From Octopus bimaculoides (taxonomy: Eukaryota), in assembly GCF_001194135.2 (NCBI RefSeq), contig NC_068988.1, positions 17,083,758-17,147,757 on the forward strand: DNA of 64,000 bases, given 5' to 3'. This document shows positions 11,775 through 25,386 of this stretch, piece by piece (position 1 is the stretch's first letter; the number at the start of each line of letters is the position of its first letter). The notes under the pieces are model-generated. The model searched no databases and had not been told where the DNA came from. It saw only the letters and a list, made by a program, of their open reading frames with translations. Made by a program: the position numbers and the translations under genes.

Positions 11775-13478
11775 TAGAGCGTTCGACACGAAATCACGCA
11801 AGTAGTGAAATATCGAAAGCGTGTACCTGTGACTTGAGAGTGTCAAAGTAAATATGTAAGTGACATGACGTTCGGAAAACGGAGGGAGTGCAGAGGTAAA
11901 GGATATGATTTGCATGTGTTAAAGTTAATAAGAAGTTTGTAGAGAGAAAAATAACAACAAAGCTACAGATGTGTATATAATAGGAATAAGTAAAGCTGAC
12001 ACTCACATGCGCGCACTAACAAACTCACATATTGACAACAGAAGGGCAACAGTTGATGTGCATATATAAATAAAGCAAAATGTTTAACTGTGCAGAAGAT
12101 TCGATTCTCAAGGAACATATTGGATTCGTTTTAGAATCATAAAGAAAAGAAATTTTCTGAATTTTCTTGCGAATCATTATTCAACAACATTAATTTTTTA
12201 TCACATAAATTAGAGTTAAGAAGACATATACAATTTCACAGGAAATTTACAATACATGAAATTTTCTGCAAGGTGTCTCCATAGTTGTGCGAAACGTTTC
12301 AGATAGAATCTGTCTATTAAATTATTTAACATTTCAGAATGCATAAAAGCCACCTGTTATTCTCCTTATACGATGTTTCTAAAAAAAATCAATTCCTAGA
12401 AAATAAGAAATTCACAGGATATATTACTCTTTCAAGTTCTTTTTACTAGTAGAGGTGCAGATCTTCTCCTCAACCGAGAAAAATATCTTAGTTTGATATA
12501 CCTATAACTATCGTTATTGGACATGGACAGACCGAGGAAATGAGGTAGCGTTCATTGTTTTATTTGTTTAAGAGATTAATTCTGCTGAGAGTACTGGTTC
12601 CGAAATGCCAATTCTGTTAAACTTAACTAAACAAAACTCCACTTAAGCACGATACAGCAAATAATTATTGATGCACTCACCACCACGTTGTCACAAAAAT
12701 TAATTCCCTGTTGAGCTTCATTGAACTTGATAACACGGGGGCAACTTTGTTTTTTTAATGATTGTAGCAGAAATTCAATTGTTGAGTATACAATTGTGTC
12801 GGCATCAAATTTTCCGGTAATTATTTGTGATGGTTTTATTGTACATAGCATCAACTGGACACACACCTACTGTAGGCTAAAGAGAAATTTGAGATATTAT
12901 TTTACTAAGGAAGTTTGGATGAGTAGAACGTATGTATTGATTATTAGGTGTGTATTACAGTTTTACTGTCCTTCTTGAAAAGTATATTGCTCTACTTCAT
13001 GGAAAATATGCTCTATTAAACTGCTCTTAGAGTAACAGTATGCAGGCTGAAACCTTATCTATTAGACATATTACGAGAAAAGAAAGAACGAACAGTATAC
13101 ATAAGATCAATCAAGAATATGAACGGTCAGGCGGACAAGTGGATATTAAATATACCAATCTATTGTTTAGCTCCCTATTAAAGCACGGATTATGCGATGG
13201 TTTGTTATGGACCATGACTGCCGAAGTTAAATTCAAGCCTCGCTGAGTACTACGCTTCACAATCGAAAAAATGGGAACCGATCGATAAAATTAGTCCTGA
13301 AGTATATAAAATGAATGAAAGTTCAAAAATATATATTTCAGCATAGGCAGCGATCAATGAATAAAACCGGTAAATACAAATTATATACACACGCACACAT
13401 ATATGTATGTATGTATATATACATATATTTATATATATACACGCATATATATATGTGTGAGTATGTATACATATGTAA

Positions 13479-13512
<34 letters not shown>

Positions 13513-13688
13513 NNNNNNNNNNNNNNNNNNNNNNNNNNNNNNNNNNNNNNNNNNNNNNNNNNNNNNNNNNNNNNNNNNNNNNNNNNNNNNNNNNNNNNNN
13601 NNNNNNNNNNNNNNNNNNNNNNNNNNNNNNNNNNNNNNNNNNNNNNNNNNNNNNATATATAAGAGTGTATAAAATATTTTTATACATA

Positions 13689-14059
13689 GGCGTAGGAGGG
13701 GCTGTGTGGTAAGTAGCTTGCTTACCAACCACATGGTTCCGGGTTCAGTCCCACTGCGTGGCACCTTGGGCAGGTGTCTTCTACCATAGCCTCGGGCCGA
13801 CCAAAGCCTTGTGAGTGAAAGAAACCCGTCGTATATATGTATATGTATATATTTATGTGTTTGTGTGTCTTTGTTTGTCCCGCCAACATCGCTTGACAAC
13901 CGATGCTGGTGTGTTTACTTCCCCGTAACTAAGCGGTTCGGCAAAAGAGACCAATAGAATAAATACTAGGCTTAGAAAGAATAAATCATGGGGTCGATTT
14001 TCTCGACTAAAAGCGATGCTCCAGCATGGTCGCAGTCAAATGACTGAAACAAGTAAAAG
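13689..14059 (+). mobile_element. tRNA-derived CORE-like SINE, family B, near full length with internal (TA)/(TG) tract
   Basis: Head GGCGTAGGAGGGGCTGTGTGGTAAG...GGGTTCAGTCCC, CORE-like GGCACCTTGGGCAGGTGTCTT, and tail GACTGAAACAAGTAAAAG. Lacks the 20 nt GATTTGGTAGACGGAAACTG present in the 20655 copy. Confidence 0.92.
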
Positions 14060-17000
14060 TGTATAGAAGAGACACTTAACGCTAGAAAGGACAATTAAAC
14101 CCAAACGACGGTGGTTCGGATTTCAGTTGCCCTTTCAAGCATGTACGGTGTCCTATCAAAGGTTTCCTCTCTATGTATAAACCATTTTATACACTTTTGT
14201 ATTATCAAAAGATATGGTACATCTTATGACTTTTAATTATGCATGCTAAGCAATAGTAATAAATTATTTTAATTTATTATCCTCATATTTACGATATATA
14301 TATAATCATGAAATATGGAGGTGAGGCTTTAGACATGCATAATTACAATATTGCTTACTATGTAAAAATTATCCAGTTAGACTGCAAGATGTACACCTAC
14401 ACAAAAACAGGAACAGACATACATACATAAAACTAGCAGGCGAAAGTGGGGAAAAGATAAATAGAAACACGGGTGTATGCCTGTTGATTTCTACATATAT
14501 ATGGAACACATACTCACACACATTCACACATATACATATATGTACCTATGTATAAATACATATACGTGTGTGTGTGTGTGTGTGTGTGTGTGTCTGTGTA
14601 TGTGTGCCTGTGTTTGTGTGTGTATGCACAATGTTTATGTTCGGCAGTTTTATGGAGTTCTTTTGAAATGTTCCTTTTTACTCAACTCCATGTATACTTC
14701 ACACACATACACGCACGCACGCACACGTACACAGACACACACAAACATATATATGTATGTATGTATGTATGTATTATTTAAAAGACATNNNNNNNNNNNN
14801 NNNNNNNNNNNNNNNNNNNNNNNNNNNNNNNNNNNNNNNNNNNNNNNNNNNNNNNNNNNNNNNNNNNNNNNNNNNNNNNNNNNNNNNNNNNNNNNNNNNA
14901 TATATATATATATATAATTCTCCTTTCACTTATTTTATGCAGATTCATTCATTTAAAACTCCACAATATATTGATTCCATGATCGATAACATGGCATATA
15001 GCCAAATAAAAATTTTACTTGAAAAGCCTGATCCTTTCCCTGTGACATAAAAGTGGTTACAACTGTTCCATATTATTACCCACATATTCAGCATTATAGT
15101 CTTACTTATCACGAAAACCAGCGTCGTCGTAATCATCTCCTTCGCATTCACCACTATTTCTGTATGTGATGAAGTAAAATCGAACAAAAAGGAAATGGAT
15201 AAATAAATTTAGAAAATAAACAATAGTAAAGACGAGTTAATCAAAGTGAAATACCACTAAAACCATTGATATATACTCTATTATTCCACTATCCCATTGT
15301 TCGTTTTAACCCATCTGAACTGAAGAAAAATATATCCGAATACGCCACAATGAAATCTGTGGTGAAATAGTATCTATAATTCTATACAATATTACATATA
15401 CATATATTTTTGTCTGTGTATATTTGTGTATGTGTGTGTATTTGTACGTATATCTTTATGTGCGTGTGTATGTATGTGCGTGAATGTATGAGTGTAAATA
15501 TATATGGATAAATATATTATCATATATTTGTGTGTGTATGTGTATGTTTGCGCGTGTGTGTATGTCTGTTAAAATGCTAGACAAAAAGCGTGCTACATTG
15601 TTGAACAGAAATATCACAAGCATTTTGTTTTCTAGTAGTATGAATGCTGTTGAAAACTGCTACCAGGAAACTAAATTTTCGACAGCAGTTGATGTCTTTA
15701 TGATCACTGGTTGATTTTTCACCGAAGGGAATTCCGAGTGTTTATGTCTGTTTATCTGACTCTAACTTGAATGTAATCTGCTTTAATTAAGAAATTTCTT
15801 CCCTATTTTTAACCATGATTCTAAATCTTTCTCTGTCACTCCTTCATTTGTCTCCTTCTCCTCGCCCAGACATGCACGCATATGTATTAAAGTCTGGAGT
15901 CCAGAATGGCCAATCCACGGATTTTTAGCAATGGATATTGTAAAGATAAATATAGCAGTATATAGACATTTAGAATTTTGTGTTCAATATATGGGCAAAG
16001 AAAATAATTGTGAACCATAACTGAGAAAGAGACGGGCACCATCAAATTACTTGCCTATGGCAATATGGCATAACTTACTGAACGGAGCGCGGCGCGTGTT
16101 ATCTTTGACTCTCCTATTATCTCTTTCTCTGGCTATTTTGATAAATGTGATAAAGACCCCAAACGAAAATGAAAACTATGTACTAGTTGCTATGTACTTT
16201 GAAGACGGTATCCCGAAACAGTTTTATCACTCTGGGAAGTACAACTAAGTTACAACAAGGTGATTTATTTTCGGAACTATATAAGTATTTTTCAAAGAAA
16301 GTGGACGCAATACTAAAATTAACAACTGCCTACATTTTTCCCTACTCACATGAAATTAACAAGTGAACCGTCAATGTGAAAAACCGCATTGCAGTTAGCT
16401 GATGATGTAAAATCGTGAGGTGCAACGAACCTATAAACCAACTGCTGTGAATTGCTTAAAAGGGACTACAATAGCAATAAATTTACCAGCGGTTATTCCT
16501 TGAATTAATAGCTCAAGGAGCGGGAACAGTAAACAGAAAACATGTTAACACCAAATGGGATGACAACACTGAATAAGTAGAGAGAAATTCTTCAGCTTCT
16601 AGAAACAAAGAACTGACTGACTCAGATTTTTCTGAGAGTGTTATATGCTAGTTGTGTGTATGTTTGTAAGCCATATTTGTCTTTTGATATTTAATCGTCA
16701 AATTAATGAAAAACGAAATGCTGTTAATGAGAAAGGAAATGTTTCTGTTTACCTCGCCATCATTCCGGTTATCTTCGTTTTCAGACCCTTATATTTAAGT
16801 GTTTGTTTATTTGTAGGATAACTTATCTCTTTGGATAACTCCGAGGAACATTGACACCTGAGGTGTCCCTGAAAATATAAATAATTATTTAAGAAATAAA
16901 TTCAAGATCTTAGCTGGGATATTATTATTTTACAGAGTGAGGATTCCTTCTAAAAAATGTCCAGCTTTGCGCACTCCGTGTTTTCAGTACTCCAGTGTGT

Positions 17001-17304
17001 TTCATTTCGAATTGTTCCGAGACACATACTTGTGTACCCTCTTTTTAGTGGTGTCTTCAAATTATTATAGTTTTTCCGATATAATACTTAAGGGGGAAAT
17101 GTTATATTATTGAGTATAAATCAAACCAACCGTATTGTTCATCTTCACAAATTGCCTAACATGATTTCAAACGGCTCTAATTTCAGAGTGAAATAAATAT
17201 GAACGGATATTCTTTTGTATATAGCTAAGAATTCATAACTAACACTATAATGTGACGAAGTGGTATATTATTTTTTGTTTCTGATGAAATGTCATGAAGT
17301 ATTG

Positions 17305-17420
17305 GTCACAGCTCTCTGCACCCGTAGTTCAAATCCCAACGAGGTCAACTTTGCTTTGCAGCCTTTCACGATCGATATATGTAATGCAGTGAAGTAGTCA
17401 GATCAAATACTTTTTCCTAT
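17305..17420 (+). mobile_element. SINE family C, old degenerate fragment
   Basis: GTTCAAATCCCAACGAGGTCAACTTTGCTTTGCAGCCTTTC matches the family C B-box and central domain. Confidence 0.6.
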
Positions 17421-18369
17421 CGCTCACTTCTCTCTATCTCTCTTTATCTCCCCCCGCGCTCTCTCTTTCTCCTTCAGTCATCTATGTTATGCTTTAGCAA
17501 GGTTATTCACAGAATGATACTTAAATCAAGAATGGAGAAAAGTTGACCGAAATGTTATCAATATCTTCCAATAGAAAAAAAAAATGTTATGCCACTGTAA
17601 ACTCACACGTCTGCACGATACCGTTCGATAGCACAAAGGAAATAATAAAAAAAAAACATATACACTATGTAGGTTGGCGATTAGTTTATTAAATATTCAA
17701 AATGTTGATAAGAAATAAAAAGAAAAAGTTGTTGAATAGTTTTCACGGAGAAATGAAACCTAGTGATGTAAATATTATTTAATTTTAGATAAAACATCAT
17801 ACTTTGCCGATGCCATGTTGATACGTCTTGAAATATATTTATTTATAATGTATGTGATAGACAATGTTACTGTTAAGCATGTGGAGATTGTTTTTACTTT
17901 ATCCAGGAAAGTTCTTGTATTATGAATCTACAAAACTGTTCCGCACCTATAAAATACTCTGAAACTAACTCATGTGACTATTCTAAGAATGTTATTCTAA
18001 ATTGTCAAAAGTGCTCTAGCAAATTGTAGCAATTATACGTTCAAAATATTGATAATGTTGGTACAATATATATAAATAATATATTGCAATGAAAAGATTT
18101 ATTTGAATATCGTGTAAAATTGTTAAACGGCTTATATAAGGGAATATAACGTTCGATGTTTTCCTGTCAGAAATTACATATCTCTGCCCAGATTGGATTT
18201 CTTAACATACAGTATGCATCACATACTACACAGATCATGCGCAAAAGCAGAAACATATATATGTACATACTGACACTCGGGTGTCAAAGAACATGTAACT
18301 ATATATTACGGATATTTTATACATATCCATATCTACATACACATATTTATACATGAATAAGAACGTATA

Positions 18370-18520
<151 letters not shown>

Positions 18521-18577
18521 ATATAAAATTAGTATGAACAGCAGTTTGCAATATTTCCCCAAATGGGAGAATTGCAA

Positions 18578-19081
18578 ATGTCACTAAATGCGACTAGGCT
18601 GTTAAATAATGCCTACATTACTAGAAACAAGAGCTAAAATGCTCTAATGCTGTAGCTAACACACTAGAGCATTTGTGTATTTTAGTCCTTATTTCTAGCA
18701 ATGTAGGCATTGCTTAATACCCTAGTAGCACTTAGTGACATTTTAATTTTTTCTTTTTGGTGAAATCTTGCAAAATGCTGTTCATATCGTTTTATATATA
18801 CACATTAGCAAAAAGGATCCAATTATTTGGATGACAAAAACATGAATATAGATGGCAGAGCGAGTCCAGAAAAAGCCGAGAGCGAGGCGGCTTAACTGAC
18901 GAGGTGACCGAAATTGCCGAAATTGACGCCTCAGTATTAAGTATTTTCGATCGGGACTTTTGGATAATTATCGTCCTGTTAGTGTATGCTTTCATCTATG
19001 TGCGTTAACTACAGCATTAAAGCGTTTTAGCTCTTATTTCTAGCAATATAGTTGTTTTCAAACACCCTAGTCGCATTTAGT
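18578..19081. mobile_element. Non-autonomous DNA transposon (MITE-like) with three related arms
   Basis: ACTAAATGCGACTAGG...TAATGCTGTAGCTAACACACTAGA (18583-18667) is an inverted match to 18995-19081, and also to 18665-18742. Confidence 0.75.
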
Positions 19082-19376
19082 ATATATATATATATATATA
19101 TATATATATNNNNNNNNNNNNNNNNNNNNNNNNNNNNNNNNNNNNNNNNNNNNNNNNNNNNNNNNNNNNNNNNNNNNNNNNNNNNNNNNNNNNNNNNNNN
19201 NNNNNNNNNNNNNNNNNNNNNNNNNNNNNNNNNNNNNNNNNNNNNNNNNNNNNNNNNNNNNNNNNNNNNNNNNNNNNNNNNNNNNNNNNNNNNNNNNNNN
19301 NNNNNNNNNNNNNNNNNNNNNNNNNNNNNNNNNNNNNNNNNNNNNNNNNNNNNNNNNNNNNNNNNNNNNNNNNNNN

Positions 19377-19416
<40 letters not shown>

Positions 19417-19621
19417 CATACAAACAAACATATCCTTGTAGGTGTATTAACATGTGTCTACGTATATATTTGCATGTATACACACACAGATTGATAAATA
19501 GAGAGAGAAAGAAGTAGATAGATAGATAGATAATAGATAGATGGATATAGATACATACTTAGTTACACAATTGTTTGTCTTATCAATGTGTCAGCACGTG
19601 TCGCAAGTACGAGGAATAGAA

Positions 19622-19870
19622 TACAGGGGTGGCTAAAATGTTATCTAGACTAGATGAAAAAGGACAGAATACATCTAACATTAACTGCCCATTTTTTACT
19701 TGCTTCCAAATACATATTGCCATTCTATGGTGTTGTTAGTTGCTATAGCTATTCATTGATAGGAACAGATTTATTGCCAACATCGATTTCGGAACTTCTA
19801 TCTCTTGGGTGAAATATTACCAAGTTTCACATAAAATATCACACCTGATCTGAAATAGCTCAAGAAATAT
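19622..19870 (+). mobile_element. Possible Tc1/mariner-type MITE left end
   Basis: Starts TA-CAGGGGTGGCTAAAA, resembling Tc1/mariner TIR starts. No matching right TIR found, so the end coordinate is a guess. Confidence 0.3.
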
Positions 19871-20341
19871 ACGTCATATCATCATAAAATGTATTTGTTG
19901 TTGTGCTTCATGATATATTTCTTGATAATAGGATAAAATTAGCTGTTTTGTTTTCGTCTTTATTTATTCCACAAACGGTATGAAATCTATCAATCTTCGC
20001 TCTTGTTTCTATATTTCATAAATTTTGCTTCGTGTGTAAAACCTTTGAATTATGACTCGTATATTGTTTATGTAACCACGTAACAGAAATTTGATTTATA
20101 TTCAGAAGGGAAACTTCGATTGACTGGCACAAAGTGTATGACAGGTATTTAGCTATTGACTTTTAATTTGAAAGGAACATATTGATCTTACTTAATTCTA
20201 CCTAAGTTTGATCACTATATTTGGAAATATAGTCTTGTTAAATTTGTTGTGAAGAAATACAGCGTAAGTAACAAGGAGAAAGTGAGACATTCCTATATTT
20301 CTCATGAATATTCTTGACTTAATATTACCATTGTATTATAA

Positions 20342-20520
20342 GGTAGAGAGCTGGCGGAATAGTTGACACGCCGGGCCAAATGCGTAACGGCATTTCGTCG
20401 CTCTTGATGCTCTGAGTTCAAATCCCACCGGGGTTGACTTTGGCTTTCATCAATTCAGCGTCGTTAAATTAAGAAACAATTGCGCACTGGGGAAAATTAA
20501 GTAACAGTTGCGCACTGGCC
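20342..20520 (+). mobile_element. SINE family C with internal ~28-bp tandem duplication
   Basis: GAGCTGGCGGAATAGTTGAC...GAGTTCAAATCCCACCGGGGTTGACTTTGGCTTTCATC. AAATTAAG(A/T)AACA(A/G)TTGCGCACTGG occurs twice (20466, 20494). Confidence 0.82.
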
Positions 20521-20654
20521 ATGTACCAAAATTTTAAACAAATATTACGAATGTACGAAACATATACCCTCACAGATTAATGCGCATTAAGAGTGTTATG
20601 TTCTGCTTTTCCTTGTATTTAACAACAATAACGATCTTAACCGAAAACAAATTA

Positions 20655-20973
20655 CTGCGTGGCACCTTGGGCAAGTGTCTTCTACTATAGCTTCGGGCCG
20701 ACCAAAGCCTTGTGAGTGGATTTGGTAGACGGAAACTGAAAGAAGCCTGTCGTATATATGTATATGTATATGCATGTGTGTTTGTGTCTGTGTTTGTCCC
20801 CCCACCATCGCTGGTGTGTTTACGTCCCCGCAGCTTAGCGGTTCGGCAAAAAGAGACCGATAGAATAAGTACTAGGCTCATAAGGAATAAGTCTTGGGGT
20901 CAATTTTCTCGACTAAAGGCGGTGCTCCAGCATGGCTTCAGTCAAATGACTGAAACAAGTAAAAGAGTAAAAG
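20655..20973 (+). mobile_element. SINE family B, 5'-truncated
   Basis: High similarity to 13754-14059. Ends in (GTAAAAGA)2. Confidence 0.92.
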
Positions 20974-21337
20974 AGTATCTACAAGATGAACTTGAAAAAA
21001 AAAATGAGTTTTAGGTAGAAGTGAACGATATTGAAAAGGGCCATTGCTATCTTCGTTGCTACATATATAAGAAATATATCACGGTAGTTTCTGTTTACAG
21101 ACATGAAATACGTCTTAATATGAAGCGAACGGTGATTTATTTACTAATATATTTGCAGATTGCAATCCACATAAGAAATTTAGAGAAATTCCATCGTTTT
21201 AATCCTCATAGTATTTATTGTCTTATATCTTATTTTTATGTGTTCTATTTGTAATACTAGCCTCACCTTTCTGTTACATCCTGCAATGTTGCTTAGTACT
21301 TTTTCTGACAATGTTTTATTACCATATTCACACATAT

Positions 21338-21370
<33 letters not shown>

Positions 21371-22039
21371 NNNNNNNNNNNNNNNNNNNNNNNNNNNNNN
21401 NNNNNNNNNNNNNNNNNNNNNNNNNNNNNNNNNNNNNNNNNNNNNNNNNNNNNNNNNNNNNNNNNNNNNNNNNNNNNNNNNNNNNNNNNNNNNNNNNNNN
21501 NNNNNNNNNNNNNNNNNNNNNNNNNNNNNNNNNNNNNNNNNNNNNNNNNNNNNNNNNNNNNNNNNNNNNNNNNNNNNNNNNNNNNNNNNNNNNNNNNNNN
21601 NNNNNNNNNNNNNNNNNNNNNNNNNNNNNNNNNNNNNNNNNNNNNNNNNNNNNNNNNNNNNNNNNNNNNNNNNNNNNNNNNNNNNNNNNNNNNNNNNNNN
21701 NNNNNNNNNNNNNNNNNNNNNNNNNNNNNNNNNNNNNNNNNNNNNNNNNNNNNNNNNNNNNNNNNNNNNNNNNNNNNNNNNNNNNNNNNNNNNNNNNNNN
21801 NNNNNNNNNNNNNNNNNNNNNNNNNNNNNNNNNNNNNNNNNNNNNNNNNNNNNNNNNNNNNNNNNNNNNNNNNNNNNNNNNNNNNNNNNNNNNNNNNNNN
21901 NNNNNNNNNNNNNNNNNNNNNNNNNNNNNNNNNNNNNNNNNNNNNNNNNNNNNNNNNNNNNNNNNNNNNNNNNNNNNNNNNNNNNNNNNNNNNNNNNNNN
22001 NNNNNNNNNNNNNNNNNNNNNNNNNNNNNNNNNNNNNNN

Positions 22040-22358
22040 CCCAGACCGGGCGTTGTGAGTGTTTATTGAGCGAAAACACCTAAAGCTCCACGAGACTCCG
22101 GCAGGGGATAGTGGCGAATCCTGCTGTACTCTTTCACCACAACTTTCTCTCACTCTTACTTCCTGTTTCTGTTGTGCCTGTAATTCAAAGGGTCAGCCTT
22201 GTCACACTGTCTCACGCTGAATATCCCCGAGAACTACGTTAAGGGTACACGTGTCTGTGGAGTGCTCAGCTACTTGCACGTTAATTTCACGAGCAGGCTG
22301 TTCCGTTGATCGGATCAACTGGAACCCTCGACGTCGTAAGTGACGGAGTGCCAACAAC
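22040..22358 (+). mobile_element. SINE family A, 5' end lost in gap
   Basis: Near-identical to 880-1192 and 60060-60373. Ends CCAACAAC. Confidence 0.92.
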
Positions 22359-22662
22359 ATATGTATATATGTTTCTGTATCTATATAATTGCTCATATGT
22401 GGCTGACTTTGCCCCTATCAATTTCTCTAACTCTCTCTTTCTTCTAAATTTTCAAAGTAATTGTGAAGAAATGAAATATACCGTACTTCATCAACCAGTG
22501 CCTTCCCTTACGATGGATGATTTTTCAGTGAAAATTCTGCATTGTTTTCTGTTAACTATCATTGGTACTACTAATGTCGAGACTATTGGAAACGCTTCTA
22601 ATTTCAATAATTATGGCGAAAGAGGAAGAATGGTGTTGTTTAGAGAATATACGAGGAAGAAA

Positions 22663-22876
22663 GGCGGGGAGCTGGCAGAAACGTTAGCATGCCGGGTCAA
22701 ATGTTTAGCGGTATTTCGTCTGTCTTTACTTTCTGAGTTCAAATTCCGCCGAGGTATTCTTTGCTTTTCATCCTTTCGGGGTTGATAAATTAAGTACCAG
22801 TTGCATACTGGAGTCGATCTAATCGATGGGCCTCCTCCTCCAAAATTTCTGGTCTTGTGCCTATAGTGGAAAAAAG
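22663..22876 (+). mobile_element. SINE family C, full length (~210 bp)
   Basis: tRNA-like head GGCGGGGAGCTGGCAGAAACGTTAGC...GAGTTCAAATTCC, then the central domain CTTTTCATCCTTTCGGGGTTGATAAATTAAGTACCAG shared by all C copies. Confidence 0.9.
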
Positions 22877-23089
22877 TATACTGGAAAGTATTAGTAAAGG
22901 AAAAGACATACGAACGTGAACGAAGTGTAAGACTGTCTAACTACGTGGTCTTAGATGAATTCGAAATGTCTGCACTTACTGAATTTTCCAAGCAGTGGTT
23001 GAGTGTCTGTTTATAAACATAAACTTACTCTCTATTAGTTTTCATTCTATGTAGTGCAGAGATCAAAGCTTTCGTATTTAAAGGTCTAC

Positions 23090-23133
<44 letters not shown>

Positions 23134-24659
23134 ATGTGTGAGTATGTGTATATCTCTGGTGGACTAACAAACACACACACATACACATACATATTCGTGT
23201 TTGAGTGTGATTTTGTAATATCCGTGCAAACGAAGTAAACTGTTTCATATGTAAACTGAATGTTTTCAATGGAAGTTTAAATAAATAACATATTTCATCT
23301 AGTGTACAGCAAGTTTTATTCCAGTAGATTTATTACTCAAGGAAGATTAACTTACGTTTCAGCAGGTATGTTTACAATATCGGAACATATTATGCTACCA
23401 TCTTCAATTTATTTGCACCCAACAATCGACAAACTTTCTTAAAAACAAAATAAAATGAAAAGCAACATCAATAGCAGTGATGCAAATAATAATAATATCA
23501 TCAACAAAATAACATTGTTTAAAATATCTTTTTTTTTGTGTGTGTGTGTGTATTCGATCTTGTATATATTTATGCATTTATTGTATCTAACACAGTAAGT
23601 TAATGTTTGTTCTTGGGTGGATTCTTTCTTTTTTTTTTTGTCTTACAAATGATTTTCCTTCTCACGCATTTATCGGCCTTAAGCAAATGTTTATCATTGA
23701 GTATTGGCAATGATACATAAGACGCTGGAATATGGTGCAATATTCTCCGTTTCTTCAGCAAATTTAGAATAGTAGATACAAGAAACGTAATAATGAAAAG
23801 ACTACACGCACTTAAAGTAAACGAATAGCATCAGCATAATAAGGAATATTTGTATCAAAGATGACATCAAAGAATATCAAATAATATATCCTTTCTTCCA
23901 TAAATACAGTATAGCAGTTTTTCTCTTTGTTGCTTCGTTGCCATACCAAGAGATTTTCGCTTTCGGCAGCGTTGTTTTCATCCCTGTTCCGTTCACATTT
24001 ACCAAACTTCAAATATAGGAAGGAAAATATAAGAAAAGCAACAGCATTTATTCTTCAAACAAGTATAACTCATAATATTTCAACATTTATTCTAAAGTTG
24101 CGCCTGATAAATTCGTGCTATTATCATTTGGAGTAATTGCTAAATATCTGACTGTGAAATAATTCTGATAGTTTGCTCTGATATTCCTACATAGATCATG
24201 ATTTTATGAAGCAATGTTTGCACTAAATTGATATTTTCGTGCATTTCTTTTACGGGGAGATATGTTTTGCCAAATGTAATAGTCCCAATGGGGGGAAAAT
24301 GACAAGTGTTTCTCAGGTCTTACTGGCTGTGTTTAACTTTATTGTGACCTGGCACTATTGTAGCAGTAAGGTGATCAAAACAAATGTCCGTTGGCATTTT
24401 TCATAATGAAATCCTACTTCCATACATGATGCTGTACTAGATATTTCATGCAAAGTCAGCTTATGATATTGCAGATAACAGATAGATTAAAACAAATTAA
24501 ATTAATTCGAGGATTAGATTACTATCCGTGAGGTGTGTTTCCATGAAATTGCTATCACAAATTTTAATTACTATCCCAAAGGTTAAATATATTTAGAGTA
24601 CCACAGTTCATCTTTGAGATGTCCCGGACATGCTAGCAAGAACCCAAAACTCTGGTACT

Positions 24660-24670
24660 TTCTATCTCTC

Positions 24671-24703
<33 letters not shown>

Positions 24704-24704
24704 C

Positions 24705-24745
<41 letters not shown>
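24660..24745. repeat. (CT)n/(CTGT)n microsatellite
   Basis: Directly visible. Confidence 0.95.
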
Positions 24746-24746
<1 letters not shown>

Positions 24747-24798
24747 TATATTTCTGTAGACAAACACATACGTATATATATATACATGTGTGTGTGAG

Positions 24799-24837
<39 letters not shown>

Positions 24838-25170
24838 GGAAAGATAAATGAACAATGATAAATAGATTGCATGCTTAGCTATAACATCTTATAAGTTTTT
24901 AAAAGTTTTTATCAACAGGTTAATGTATAAAATATAACACACACGTGAAATCATGCATACACACGCGTACACACATACATATATATATTGCCCAAACACA
25001 CACACGCCAATATACACATACGCCCCCCCCCCCACACACACACGCCCACATATATATAAACATAAATCTTGTATAAACATATATTAAATTCTTTTAATCT
25101 ATCCTCGTCATAAATATATGTAAACGTCGGGAGCACATGAAAGCATATCGAAGCTTCATAAACCTATAAA

Positions 25171-25386
25171 TAACGGTTTCAAATTTCGGTACAAGGCCAG
25201 CAATTTCGGGACAGGGGTTAAGTTGATTACATCGACCCCAGTGCTCAAATGTTACTTAATCTATAGACCCTGAAATGATGAACGGCAAAGTCGACCTCAG
25301 CGGAGTTTGACTTCAGAACCTGAAGACAGACAAAATGCCCGTAACCATTTTGCCGGGCGTGCTAACGATTTTGCAGGCTCTCCGGC
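25171..25386 (-). mobile_element. SINE family C, full length
   Basis: Reverse complement of the family C body: CATCGACCCCAGT...GGCAAAGTCGACCTCAGCGGAGTTTGAC...GCTAACGATTTTGCAGGCTC. Confidence 0.88.
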
